From positions 62,001 through 126,000 of the forward strand of contig MU626299.1 in assembly GCA_025603075.1 (NCBI GenBank): 64,000 nucleotides of DNA, written 5' to 3'. The stretch's first letter is position 1, and each line of letters opens with the position of its first letter. Below the pieces are notes generated by a model. The model was not told the DNA's origin and searched no databases. It worked only from the letters and a program-made list of their open reading frames with translations. The stretch is from Neoconidiobolus thromboides FSU 785. Taxonomy: Eukaryota; Fungi; Entomophthoromycota. Below are positions 46,878-59,208 of the stretch, piece after piece. A program made the translations under genes and the position numbers.

Positions 46878-47537
46878 TTAAAGTATACCGCCTAATAAAG
46901 AATCTAATCCTAAAGATGAAACTAAATCACCAACAATAGGTAAACCCCCTAACATCCCTCCTTTCTTTTCAGGTATGGCTTTATCGCTTTTGTTAGGACT
47001 ATAATCACCCTTGGGTTGTTGCTGAGTATTTATTTGATGGCCATCCGAGTGTCCAGCTTGTTGGGTTTGGTGTTGTGTCTGTTGGTTATTTTGAGTTTGT
47101 CCGTTATTTTGTTGACTTTGTTGTTGATTGTTCTGATTCTGTTGTTGGTTTTGTTGGTTATTCTGATTCTGTTGGTTATTCTGATTCTGTTGTTGAGTCT
47201 GTTGATTATTTTGGCTTTGTTGGGTTGGTTGATTACTTCCATCTTCTGGATAAGTAGCTTTACATTTATAAATCCCATTTGGATTAGTATAAATCTGGTA
47301 ATTCTCTTCTTGGACTTGAATATTAGCATCGGTATTTAACATTGCGGCATGTGGGGTAGCTGTATTTGGGTTGTTTAGAACAACGCCGTTATTACCGTTG
47401 TTGTTTGTAGCCATATCTTGTCCCATTGGCATATTACTCATACTACCATGATCTTCATCTCCATGACGTCGAATCAAATCAATTGAACGACTTAAAGTTA
47501 AATTAATGAATAACGCTAAAATTAATTTGGTGTTCAT
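46878..47537 (-). CDS. Secreted family-A protein (219 aa): RR-HGDEDH, YTNPNGIYKCKA, N/Q-rich region, LPIVGD tail
   Basis: Signal peptide; paralogous to 48050-48691, 60893-61528 and to both ends of 17260-18759. Confidence 0.9.
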   Translation of the reverse strand: MNTKLILALFINLTLSRSIDLIRRHGDEDHGSMSNMPMGQDMATNNNGNNGVVLNNPNTATPHAAMLNTDANIQVQEENYQIYTNPNGIYKCKATYPEDGSNQPTQQSQNNQQTQQQNQNNQQNQNNQQNQQQNQNNQQQSQQNNGQTQNNQQTQHQTQQAGHSDGHQINTQQQPKGDYSPNKSDKAIPEKKGGMLGGLPIVGDLVSSLGLDSLLGGIL

Positions 47538-48049
47538 TATATTGGAATATTAATTGATATTATTATTATAAGATTAGCTGTTAACTTCAATTTCAAATTG
47601 ATAGTTTGTTATTATTTTTAGAGATTTAATGTAGATCAAGTGGGAGTATTTATATTACTGAACTTTAAAGAATAAAAACACAAAGTCTTAAGATCCTTGA
47701 ATTTTAAAAAACTCTTACGAATTGTATTATTAAAACCTCCTATTTAGCCTTTAAAATTTAATTAGAATTCTAAAGGTAGTGGACTGTTAATCTAGAATAT
47801 TTAATTAATATAACACAATTAAAAAATTAATAAGTTGGATTTATTTTTAGATGATTTCAAATTCTTAATTTAAGTTGAAATAAAAATAATATTAATGAAA
47901 ATAAAACAAAAATTTTTAAAAAATTTCGTAAAAATATTCAACTTCATAAAAACTTTAAAGAAAATACTGTTTTTTAGTTTATAATAATAACTAGTATTAT
48001 ATTTATTTCCTTAAGTTTCAAACTATAAGCATCCCACTTCCTGTCATAT

Positions 48050-48691
48050 TTAATAGATTCCGCCTAATAATGAATCAATTCCTAAAGAGGATGCTATATT
48101 ACCAATCACAGGTATTCCACTTAATAAACTAGTTTTCTTTTCAGGTAAAGGTGTGGGAGTTTTAGTTGATGTATAAATATCTTTATTTTGTGGTTGATTA
48201 TCCATTTGATGTCCATCGTAATGCTCTGGATGTGGAGTATTTTGATTATTTTGAGTTTGTCCATTATTTTGTTGACTTTGTTGTTGATTTTGTTGGCTCT
48301 GCTGATGATCCTGATTTTGTTGTTGATTGTTTTGAGCTTCTCCGCTATTCTTTTGACTTTGTTGTTGACTTTGCTGTTGACTTTGATTCTGTTGTCGATT
48401 ATTTGAATCTTTTGTATCTTCTGGATATTCTGCTTTACACTTGTAAATACCATTAGAATTTGTATACATCTCATACTTATCTTCATGTAGATTAACAATT
48501 GGATCACTACTAAATTTAGTTTCATGTGGAACAACAGCATTTTCATTACTATTTCCACTTGGACTAATATCTTCTTTAACTGGCATGATACTCATACTAC
48601 CATGATCCTCACCTTCGTGACGTCGATTCAAAGCAATAGAACGACTAAGGGTTAATTGAATGAATAAAGCTAGGAGTAATTTTGAGTTCAT
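48050..48691 (-). CDS. Secreted family-A protein (213 aa): RR-HEGEDH, YTNSNGIYKCKA, N/Q-rich region, IPVIGN tail
   Basis: Tandem paralog of 46878-47537 with the same domain order. Confidence 0.9.
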   Translation of the reverse strand: MNSKLLLALFIQLTLSRSIALNRRHEGEDHGSMSIMPVKEDISPSGNSNENAVVPHETKFSSDPIVNLHEDKYEMYTNSNGIYKCKAEYPEDTKDSNNRQQNQSQQQSQQQSQKNSGEAQNNQQQNQDHQQSQQNQQQSQQNNGQTQNNQNTPHPEHYDGHQMDNQPQNKDIYTSTKTPTPLPEKKTSLLSGIPVIGNIASSLGIDSLLGGIY

Positions 48692-49900
48692 TATGTTATT
48701 ATTGGAAGATTTATATTATATTATATTATATTATATTATTATTGGATTAGACAAGTACAAAGTTCAATTAAAAATTGGGCTTTTTTTAATTAAAATTTAT
48801 GATGAGTGAAGGGCACTATTTATATTTATTTTTGATTCTTTAAGCTTAACTCCTCCCATTTAACCATAATATTAATTGAGTATATTCATAGTTCCTTGGA
48901 CTGTGGAAATGTTTTGATTTAATATATAACAAAATAAACTCATTGATTTTAGTTTAGTTAGTCATAATGCTATCTACTTATTCTACTAATTTTTAAAATG
49001 TTTTAGTTTGTTATTTCATTTCTAACTATTAATGTTTGCTTTGAATTTCTAGTTATTTTTTTATTAGCATTTATTTTTTGACCCTTTTGTTTTACCGCTA
49101 ATTGGACCTCTCAGTTTTTTAAAATGAATAGTTTTTATCAATCCTTTCTTAAATTCTGTTAACTACTAGTTTATGCTATTAAAAATAGGGTCATAAATAG
49201 TACTCGATTATTAATTTAATAGATCAAAATTGAAATTTTAATATCTCAAATTCAATTCTACATCAGCTTAATAAAATATAATTAACTGTAACCTAATCGT
49301 AGCCTTAAATTTAATCAATATATTTCAATAAAACGCAATGTAATAGTTGAAATTCTAGTTTAATATGTCATTAAATTTTTACTTTATAATATAAGATGAT
49401 TTTTTTACTCATCTTACTCTAATACTATAGGCCTTTCTTTTAACTCCAACTTGAATTATTTTTATCTCTCATTTCACTTTAAGATTTTAAAGTGATCAAA
49501 AAGGACCACTGGTAAAAAGCATAGTCAAATCTATTATCTAATCCTAGGATCTTATTTATAGGAATTTTTAACTCCGTTAGATATTTACTATTGAAGTAAC
49601 AAGTGGTTTTCGAAATTTCAAATAAGGTATAAACTCCCTGTATTTTAGGAATATTTTTATATAAATATCACTTTTAATAACAATAACGCTAGCCATAACC
49701 ACAATAAAATACATTTGTTATTATAAAGCTATATTTCTATCTAATTCAATTTATTTAAAAAAGTAATTTCATTCACAAACACATTGAATATTAATTTTAT
49801 TATTAAAAAAGAACTATGAAATCTTAGCTCAATAAACGAGAGTTCATTTCCGATTAACGAAATGCCTTAAAAAGCATTCTTTTGTTGTATCATCTTTCAT

Positions 49901-50206
49901 TTATCCATCTATTGGAAGTTGATTAACAATTCCATACCCTTTATTATTATCTGTATTAATAATAGAAACTATATTTGATACCAATTCATCATTATTACTA
50001 GTGATACTATTGACTGTGGAAACGATACTAGTAATCGGATTGCTATTACCAAAGATAGGTTCCATTAATCCACCTTCAGAACCAGAACCAAAAACAGTGT
50101 TAACTATATTATTTAATGGAGAATTAGCATTATCTCTACGTTGAAGAGGAAGCGAAAAGATAGGGGAGGAAGTAAAGAGGAATAATACTAAAGTGTTGTA
50201 TTTCAT
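49901..50206 (-). CDS. Secreted family-B Gly/Leu-rich protein (101 aa)
   Basis: Signal peptide, PLQRR, GSGSEGGLME..FG, GIVNQLPID. Confidence 0.85.
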   Translation of the reverse strand: MKYNTLVLFLFTSSPIFSLPLQRRDNANSPLNNIVNTVFGSGSEGGLMEPIFGNSNPITSIVSTVNSITSNNDELVSNIVSIINTDNNKGYGIVNQLPIDG

Positions 50207-51004
50207 GATATTGAAGTTTTCAATAGAGTATTAATTAATAGTTGGAAATTAAATAAATATAAAAGAATTTCAAATAATTTGATTTGTGATAGAAATTGAA
50301 TTCTTAATGTACTTTTTATATACTATTTTGATAGTTTGATTATTATTTTCAATCTTTTTATATCTATCTTTTTATCTATCTATCAACTACTAATACCACT
50401 CAGTTTCCTCCAGTTTAATAGATTCAAAAATTTATCTAAGGTGTATATTATTTTATGAGTTATTTTTAGGTTTACCAATAGATAAAAAAGGTAATGTTAA
50501 GAAAGAAAGGGGATTTATTTGATGATTGGTAAAGCCAATCGAATAATTATTACTATTTTTATATTGAAGCGGATGTCTATTTGTTATTTTATTTGAGATG
50601 ATTTGTTATTTAGTGGTATTCTCTTCATTATTTGTTTTTTTATATTAAAGTGAAACTTGGAGTTATTTGTTATTATTTTATTTCGAAATATAATTTAAAA
50701 TATTTCATTGAGATTTTAATATATTTAAAAATTTTTCTTTTTATATTAAAATTAATAGATAAATCCTTTTATATTAAGCTACTTTGTTTGACTTATTTGC
50801 TATTATTAATTCTTTTATAGATATAATACAAATGTTCTATATATATGCTTTTTTAAATTTTACTTATGAGGATAGATTAAAAAGTTCAAAGACATAACTT
50901 TTTTGATAAAGTAGGTTTTTTTCATACAAATCTAATAATATATAAATATGCCCCATATTGCTTATAAAGTTCTACATCAATTGAATAACTCATTTTTAAG
51001 ATAT

Positions 51005-51103
51005 GGGGCTGTTTTTTTTGGCTTCATTACTTTTTCCATCTTTTAAGCGTTATTTGGGTGGAAAAATTGTTAGTAAAATTCTTAAATACAGAAATACATC
51101 CCC
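51005..51103 (+). mobile_element. ~99-bp MITE copy
   Basis: GGGG...CCCC; ATAT/ATAT flanks. Confidence 0.8.
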
Positions 51104-51656
51104 ATATAGTCATTATTAACAAGAATTTAACTTGTTTTTAGCTTGGGACAAAAAAGCTACCTCAATGTAACATATTCAAAGCTTTGATTATATCTCAATA
51201 ACAACTAATCAAATCAACAATAAGCTTGGCGTATATATCAGCTATAGTGTAATATTTATCTTTACGAAAAAAACTTTGTTATAATACTAATTGCTCTATT
51301 GTATCTTAATTTAGTTCATTTTTACAACAATTGAAAAGGTAGTCTTATTATTATCTTATTATCTTACTTCCCTATCTTTGCTTTTGTCTTTTGACTTTTT
51401 CATACACCTCGTATTTATCCATTTTTTAATATAGTAAAAAATACAATCGATTTGTTATTAAAATTCATTAATAAAAAAACTTCAAAATAGCTTTATTAAA
51501 AAAATTCGACACTTAGACTTCAGCTCTTGTACCTGAAAGTACATGTTCAACTTTCAAATATACATGTCCAACCAGTGGAACATCCTCATATTCTCAACTC
51601 TTATATCTAAAAGTACATATCCAGCCAGTGGAATCATATTCATTATCCTATCATAT

Positions 51657-51995
51657 TCAGATCGACTGAAAGTTTTCTTCATCCGTTGGTAAACTATTTA
51701 CAATTCCATTCCCAACTTCTTTCTTATTCCCTCGGCTTCCACCTATTAACAAATTACCTCGTAATCCATTATTACCACTCCCAACTTCGCCACTAGAGAT
51801 TCTAGCTGCGTTGAATGCTAAGCCTCCTATAGGTCCACTCCCGTTAAATAAAATTTCTAATAAACCACCATCGGAACCACCACCCAAGAAAATATTTAGC
51901 AAACCACCTCTTGGAGTATTGGCTCTACGTTGTAAGGGAAAAGGAGAAATGGGAAATACAACAAAAAGGAATAGGATTAGTATAAGAAGTTTCAT
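51657..51995 (-). CDS. Secreted family-B Gly/Leu-rich protein (112 aa)
   Basis: Signal peptide, PLQRR, GGGSDGGLLEILFNGSGPIGGL, GNGIVNSLPTD. Confidence 0.88.
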   Translation of the reverse strand: MKLLILILFLFVVFPISPFPLQRRANTPRGGLLNIFLGGGSDGGLLEILFNGSGPIGGLAFNAARISSGEVGSGNNGLRGNLLIGGSRGNKKEVGNGIVNSLPTDEENFQSI

Positions 51996-52858
51996 AATAA
52001 GAAGTTTCTAAATAATAAATAATAAATAATACTATCAAAGTATTAAATTATTTAATTTTGGATATAAAATCCAAATCAAATTTTAGTTTTCTAGTTTTTT
52101 ATATAGGTTTCAAATAATTTTTATTATTTAGTTCATTTTTAGTCAACCAATGTTTTTTGATATTAAACCCTCCCAACTATTGACTTCCACTTTTTAATCT
52201 ATACTAATTGATTGAGCTTTACTAGTCTAATATTATTTCAATATTTTACCAACTAATAAAAAAACTTATATTTATAAATGGAACAAAATTGTTGACGATG
52301 CCCAAGTTAATTAATTTTACTTCATTTTAATAAAAGGAGCTATTTCAGCCTAAGGCTTGATATTCTTTACATATTAATCTTTGAAAGGTAAAATAGTTAT
52401 AAATATTATGAAACTCAACTTTTTAGTTGTTATATTACAGTCACTTCTACCCTTTTGCAACCTATTTGGTGCTAATTTTTGTTATTAACTAATTTATGAA
52501 ACTTGCATATAGGGTATAGGTTTATATTGCAAGGTTTTATGAAATAAAAATACATATTCAACAAATAAAAGATTTACAGCTAAATAAGCAAATATTGATT
52601 CTTAATAACTTTGTAACTCTATTACGATCTAATTTGCGATAATTTTGAAGCTAAATTAGCAAGCAAAGATTTTTCTTAACTGTAGTAACCTTATAATTGC
52701 ATTGCGATATACTTAACAGTTTATTCAATAAATTTTTGCTAAAATTAAGTAAAGTTAAGACTATATATATTAAAAAGCAAAATTAGCAAGTATTTAGCTT
52801 TAAACTTATCACAAATTAGATCATAATAGAGTTACAAAGTTATTAAGAATCACTATTT

Positions 52859-52957
52859 GGGAGTGTTTTTTTTGACTTCATTACTTTTTCCATCTTTTAA
52901 GCGCTATTTGAGTGGAAAAATTACTAGTAAAATTCTTAAATACAAAAATACATCCCC
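52859..52957 (+). mobile_element. ~99-bp MITE copy
   Basis: Consensus match; ATTT/ATTT flanks. Confidence 0.8.
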
Positions 52958-53042
52958 ATTTGCTTATTTAGCTGTAAATCTTTTATTTGTTGAATATGTA
53001 TTTTTATTTCATAAAACCTTGTAATATAGACTTAACAGCTTA

Positions 53043-53138
53043 CGAGGCTGTATTTTTGTGTTTAAGAATTTTACTAAATTTTCCACTCAAATAGCGCTTA
53101 AAAAATGGAAAAAGTGATCAGGCCAAAAAACATTCCCT
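53043..53138 (-). mobile_element. ~99-bp MITE copy (degenerate ends)
   Basis: Reverse match to the consensus. Confidence 0.7.
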
Positions 53139-53983
53139 TATCTAACCTATAGTTTTATATTTAGTTAAAATTATATTTAGGTAAACAGTCAATTAATTTA
53201 AAAAAGTCAAATCAGGTATAAGTCACTTATAGGCGTTTTATTATTTTGGTATTGCTAAATTCTTTTATTTTAAAGTGCTGTATTTTGCAAGCTACAACCC
53301 CTCTTTTATATAACTTTATATAGCTAAATTTGACTTGACCTTAATTTTTTGCTATATCACCTTTTAAAATTTTTTTAAATTTGAATTTGCTTTAAAAAAT
53401 CATTGATAGCATTTTTATTAAGATTATTATAAACTAATAATAGTTGTGAAATGTTGCTTTATCAGCTTTATAATCAATTTAATTATGATTTATATAATAT
53501 AACTAATTCAGAGTTTTTTATTTTAATTTGCTATAAAAATATTTACTGTTTAATTACAAGGAACATCGTTTTGTTCTTTTGATATTTATATTTCGTAACT
53601 ATAATAAAAAATAACTATTATTATGTTTTTATATATAACCATTTAGTTAAAGTGTAAGTTTTTTTAATATAACAACTTAATTTTTTTTTAAAGTATTTTC
53701 TGATATTGTATTTTTAACAAAGTTGCTAAGTTTTTCTAATAGTATTTTGTATAGATTTTATAGCAATATATTTTGTTTTATTTGTTCTATATAGCTTGTA
53801 ATTTATTATATTTGACTTTTTATAATTCAAGTCTATCTTATACAAATTAGGATTTTTCAATTTATAGCTAGTTAATCAAGCAAAAACTGCTTTTAATTCT
53901 AACCACTAGGTATTGCTTTTATATTATGAAAACAAATAATTTAAATATTTAAACAAGTTTATTTATTTATTCAACTAACTTAT

Positions 53984-54079
53984 GGGGACGTTTTTTTTGG
54001 CTTCATCACTTTTTCTACCTTTTAAACAAATTTAGGCGAAAAACTGTTAGTAAATTCTTAAACACAAAAATACATCCCC
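53984..54079 (+). mobile_element. ~99-bp MITE copy
   Basis: GGGG...CCCC; TTAT/TTAT flanks. Confidence 0.75.
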
Positions 54080-55037
54080 TTATTACGAATAAAAATTTAT
54101 TACATTAAAATGGATTGTTATAGAGGTATTAAACTAAAAGTACGCCTAGGATGTTGATCTTAGAATTTAATATTGACTAAAATTATATAATCAATATTAG
54201 TTAATAGTATCAAATTTATAAAATTGTTATTTAAAATTATAAAACTATAAAATTTCATAAATAAACGATGCTTTTAACTAATTTACTATATTATAATACT
54301 ATAATATTATATATATTCAAAAGTTTTTATCTTTGTTTTTAACGAAAGCCAAATCAAGGTTTATTTTAGAATAAATATTTTACATAGCTAATAAAAAAAT
54401 TTTAAGGTTTTTATAAGGTATGATTTTTAATAGATTTATTTTAATAAAAACTTTCAATAGTTAAAATTATTATGGTATACAAATCAAGACAGTACTTAGC
54501 ATGTTAAATAGAATTTAATAAACTAGTTTAAAATTAAAATTAAAATTAAAAATACTGATATAAAGCTTTTTAATGAAATGTTATTATTTAATTATAAAAA
54601 TCAACTAAATATCTACTATATATGTTTGACTAAACTTAAAGCTTAATTTTAAGTTAATTTACTACAAAGTAAACCAAGCATGAGTATCTAAAAATAGAAA
54701 GCTCTTTTATTTGAAAATTTTAGTAAAATTTTAAATTGTTCTAAAAATAAAAAACAGTGGATAAAAAATATACTTCTCTCATAATTTTTGCCTTAGTTTA
54801 TCAAAATCAGACGAAATCTCTTTTGAATCATAGGCCAGGCAATTTTTTTTGGACTAAAGCAAAAATTGTAGTAGGAAGAATAATAACGCTTATTAGCTTC
54901 AAAGCTTAAAAATAGTTTTAATAAAAAAAGGTTTAAATTAGGTACCAAGCCCAACCACCAATGGCCCATAACGAACTTAATCAAAAATCTCACACTCCTG
55001 TCTCTCTTTAAATCAATTGAGAATTTCTTCGATTTCT

Positions 55038-55349
55038 TCAAAGATTATTAACAACTCCATTCCCAACTTTGTTATTTCTTTGGCCCTTTCCCACTGATAA
55101 GTTAGCTCTTAAACCATGATTGCCACTACCAACTTCGCCACTCGATAATTTGGCTGCATTATAAATTAAACTTCCAATAGGTCCATTACCATTAAACAAT
55201 AGTTCTAATAAACCACCTTCGGAGCCTTGACCCATCATCAAGTCAACTAATCCGTTCATAGGGTTTGGATTATTAGCTCGTCGTCCAAGAGGGAAACATA
55301 TAACGGAATAGAAAGTAAAGAAAACTAAGATTATTGAGATCAAGTTCAT
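55038..55349 (-). CDS. Secreted family-B Gly/Leu-rich protein (103 aa)
   Basis: Signal peptide, PLGRR, GQGSEGGLLELLFNGNGPIGSL; closest to 51657-51995 but stops earlier. Confidence 0.85.
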   Translation of the reverse strand: MNLISIILVFFTFYSVICFPLGRRANNPNPMNGLVDLMMGQGSEGGLLELLFNGNGPIGSLIYNAAKLSSGEVGSGNHGLRANLSVGKGQRNNKVGNGVVNNL

Positions 55350-56423
55350 AGCTTTGATACTTGAAATTGAAATGATGTTATTATATAATTAAAAATACTA
55401 AGATATTAAGATATTAAGTTGAATACAAATATTAACAATAGATATACTAATTAGTTTTCAGTTGATTTTAAAAGTTAAAAGCTTATTTTTAGGTGTATTT
55501 ATATAGTATTCTAACTTAGTTTAATAATATTATTTTTATCTAGTTTTATTATTTTTATTTTTTTATTTGAAGTCAAACCCTCCTAGTTTAGTTAATGCCA
55601 CTTTTTAATATATAATATTGGATTTAATTTCCATTAATTAATGCTATTTTAAGTTTTCAATCAATAATAATATACTTTTATTTATTAATAGATATGTATT
55701 ACTAACAATGGATAAGTTAATATTAATTTATTTTTATAGACGGATTAGTTTATCCATAGGTACAATATTTCTCCGATCTTCACTTTTACACAAAACTTAG
55801 AATATAGGTGGAAAACTAAAGAAGATGGACGCTTTTTCAATTGCTTTATTAAAATTCAATAAACTTCAACTTCAGATCCATTTCTTGAATTTTATAATCA
55901 AGCATTTAATTTAAAGTGATTTTTAATATATGATTTTTACTGGATATAAAAAAGAACAAAAAAGTTCAATAAACAAGAACTACATATATGAATTATCAAT
56001 GTTAGAACTTTAATAAGATTAAGTAAATTATCTTGAATTCGAATTGAGTTTGAATTTTATCTTGACTGAAATAATATTATTATTTAGACTATAATCGGCA
56101 ATAATTTATTTTCTAGTTTATTTACCCTATTAATCGTTTTTGAGATTTGTTAATTAGTTTGGATTAATTGATTGTTAATTACAATGTTTTTAAATGTTAT
56201 GGAATAGTGACCATTTGGTAATCTTTCTGCCTTGAACTTAGTAACTAAATTAATACTAGGCAAGCTCATATTATATTTAAACCATTCAATCTATTAATAG
56301 AATTAAGAAAATAAAGCTTCAAACCCCATTTTATTAAAAAAAGTTATTTAAACTCCAACCCAATATCAGTCAGTATCTTTCCAGTCAATGAAACTTTACT
56401 CTTTAATCTTATTATCCTCATAT

Positions 56424-56738
56424 CTAATGAGAATTCTCCTCATGTATCAAAAGATCATTAATAACTCCATTGCCAATTTCTTTTTTGTTTAAATTGTTAC
56501 TAGTTACTAGTAAATTAGCCTTTAATGCTTTATTGTCTCCTTGGTTGTTAATATTGGCTATTAATCCTGCAATAGGACCACTACCACCGAACAAGGATTC
56601 TAAAACACCACCATCGGAACCCCCACCCATAATCATATTTAATAAACCATCCAACGGATTATTGTCTCTATGCTGTAAGGGGATGGAAAAGACGGTATAG
56701 AAGGTAGTCGGGATAAGGATTAGATTTTTGAATTTCAT
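56424..56738 (-). CDS. Secreted family-B Gly/Leu-rich protein (104 aa)
   Basis: Signal peptide, PLQHR (the RR site has changed), GGGSDGGVLESLFGGSGPIAGL, GNGVIND. Confidence 0.85.
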   Translation of the reverse strand: MKFKNLILIPTTFYTVFSIPLQHRDNNPLDGLLNMIMGGGSDGGVLESLFGGSGPIAGLIANINNQGDNKALKANLLVTSNNLNKKEIGNGVINDLLIHEENSH

Positions 56739-57499
56739 GATAATTTAATTAATACTATCAAAGTAAGAATTTAGATGTTTTTAGTACGAAAATAGAAAAC
56801 TGATTTTTTATTCTTTTGACTTTTTATATACTGTTTTTAATATTCTATTAATATTTATTGCATTTATAATATCTTTTCTAATAAGCCTCTAAATGTTGAT
56901 TTTTACTTAATGGGTCACTTTAATATATTAAATTTTAATTTAGTTAGATTACTTTAATAAAAATTTTAAGCCTACACTAGAATGTAGTTTAAGTTAAGAA
57001 AGCTAGGGCGTCTAGTAGTGTATCAAATAGTAATAAAAATTGTTTTAAAAATAACTAAATCACTCAATGATCTAAATCCATTAATTAATTCTAGTCTATT
57101 TTCATTAATTAAAATAAGTTGACAGTTGAATTCTAAATGTTAATAGCATAGTGTCAACCAATATTTATTTCAATCATAATCTTTTTGAAATCTTGTTGAT
57201 TATTTAGAGTTTATAGATTATGATGACTTTAATTGAAACAATATTAAGAAATTCTCACGACTATTACAAATGCTCAAGGTAAGGGAAGGGGGGACATCTA
57301 GAGCTTTCGTTAGTTATGCGTTGAATTAGGGTGTCATACCAAATAGGAAAGTATATTATCTCTTTTTTTATCACCAATTTGATCTCTTATTTATTTTATT
57401 TTTATTATTTTTAATAAATCTTATTCAATTTAAATAATAAATAATAAAGTCTTGATATTTGTATACAGAAGATAAAACACCAGATTACGAATATTATAT

Positions 57500-57595
57500 G
57501 GGGATGTATTTCTGTGTTTAAGAATTTTGCTAATAATTTTTCCGCTCAAATGGCGCTTAAAAGATGGAAAAAATGAAGCCAAAAAAAACATCCCC
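57500..57595 (-). mobile_element. ~99-bp MITE copy
   Basis: Reverse match; ATAT/ATAT flanks. Confidence 0.8.
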
Positions 57596-57649
57596 ATATA
57601 ATATTAGTGAAATTTAAAACAAATATTAATTTTATTTAAAAAATATTAA

Positions 57650-58141
57650 CTAAACTCCAACTCCAATGTCAGAAAGAATATTACCAGCTACTGGAATCCC
57701 TGAAACCAACCCATTATTGCCAGGTCTACCTAAAATTTCTCCAGCCACTGGAATCCCCCCTAACAATCCATTATTATTACTTCCTCTACCAATTGGTGTT
57801 TCATCCATTGGGAGGCTAGTAACAATCCCATTACCAACTGTCATTTTGTTTTTATTACCTCCGGTGACTGGTAAATTGGATAATAATCCATCATTGTTAC
57901 CACCTACAACACCACCAAGTAAACCTCCAGTCCCCCCAGTCCCTCCAGTTACTCCATTAAGTAGCCCCCCAATTGGCCCGCCCCCACCTGTTAAGGATTC
58001 CAATAATCCACCATCGGATCCACCACCTAAAACACTGCCTAATAAACCGCCCAATAAACCAGCGTCTGCTTTACGCTGAAGGGGTGAGGCACCAATGGTG
58101 CATAAAGTGTAAAGTGTAAAGATTACTACATTAAATTTCAT
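57650..58141 (-). CDS. Secreted family-B protein, full-length form with IPVAG tail repeats (163 aa)
   Basis: Signal peptide, PLQRK, GGGSDGGLLESL, GNGIVTSLPMD, then LLGGIPVAGEILG and LVSGIPVAGNILSDIGVGV*. Confidence 0.9.
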   Translation of the reverse strand: MKFNVVIFTLYTLCTIGASPLQRKADAGLLGGLLGSVLGGGSDGGLLESLTGGGGPIGGLLNGVTGGTGGTGGLLGGVVGGNNDGLLSNLPVTGGNKNKMTVGNGIVTSLPMDETPIGRGSNNNGLLGGIPVAGEILGRPGNNGLVSGIPVAGNILSDIGVGV

Positions 58142-59208
58142 GTTTGTATAGATATTAGAAAATTATTAGAAAATTAAGTATATTAGATAATTATTAAGGA
58201 CAGTAAGGAGTTAAATACTATAAATGAAATAAATTATTAGTTCTACTAAATCCCTCTTTATTCTCTTGACTATTTATATAGTTTTGAATTTATCTTTTTT
58301 TAAAAGTTTAATTTACTTTTTTTTACCCTAATGTTTTTTGTATTTTACTTCCACTTAGTTACCTCTTCTTATAATCGTTTACTCAACACTTATCAAATTT
58401 TTATTATTTTTATTTTGAAATAAACCGCTTTTTTAATCGAGCGGTTTTTGAGTTCAACTTATTTTATTACTACTATATTTTGAACGTGAATTGGGCTTTT
58501 AAATTTTGTATTTACTGAATTTATTATCTAAAAATTTTCTATTTTTGTATCTAACAAATACAAAATTAAAAAGTCCAATCTACGTTTAAAATGTAATAAT
58601 AGTATATTCTGTTTTGATGTTATGATTGATATTTGCTAATTTTGGAAATTAAATTGATTTCAAGTCTAGTTTAATTTGTTTCTAGTTTTGCTTTGAATTA
58701 AAATATTATCATTTGGAAACTAAAGTAAATAATGAATGAATTCTTTTTTATTTAATAAACAATTTGACCAAATATATTTACTATCAAGTATATCTAAAGG
58801 TAGAGCTGAACTTTAGATTTTGTATTTGTTGAATATAACACAAAAAGTTATGATTAAATTTATGAGTGCAAAATTAAAACGCCAAATTCTGTTTAGGAAA
58901 ATTTAACAGAAACATGTTAATTATTATGATTTTGATAATAAAGCCTATTTTTTAAATAGAATTTTTGATAAGTTTAAAACTATTAATAATATTTAAACAA
59001 TAATGATAAACCATGTTCAAAATGATTTGACATACTACCTATATCCTAAAATAAGCGTTCATTACTGTAGAACATTTTTGTTTCTATTAAAAAATAAAGT
59101 AGAAAGAATAATTTTTTAATATCCATATTATATTAATATTTTTTTACACAACAAAATAAATATTTTTCATTATTTATAATAGAGATTATACGTGTCAATA
59201 TTATATAT

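Noticed and set aside
54793-55041. 82-aa ORF directly after the 55038 gene
   Set aside because: TTG start overlapping the upstream stop and no signal peptide; better explained as decayed tail sequence.
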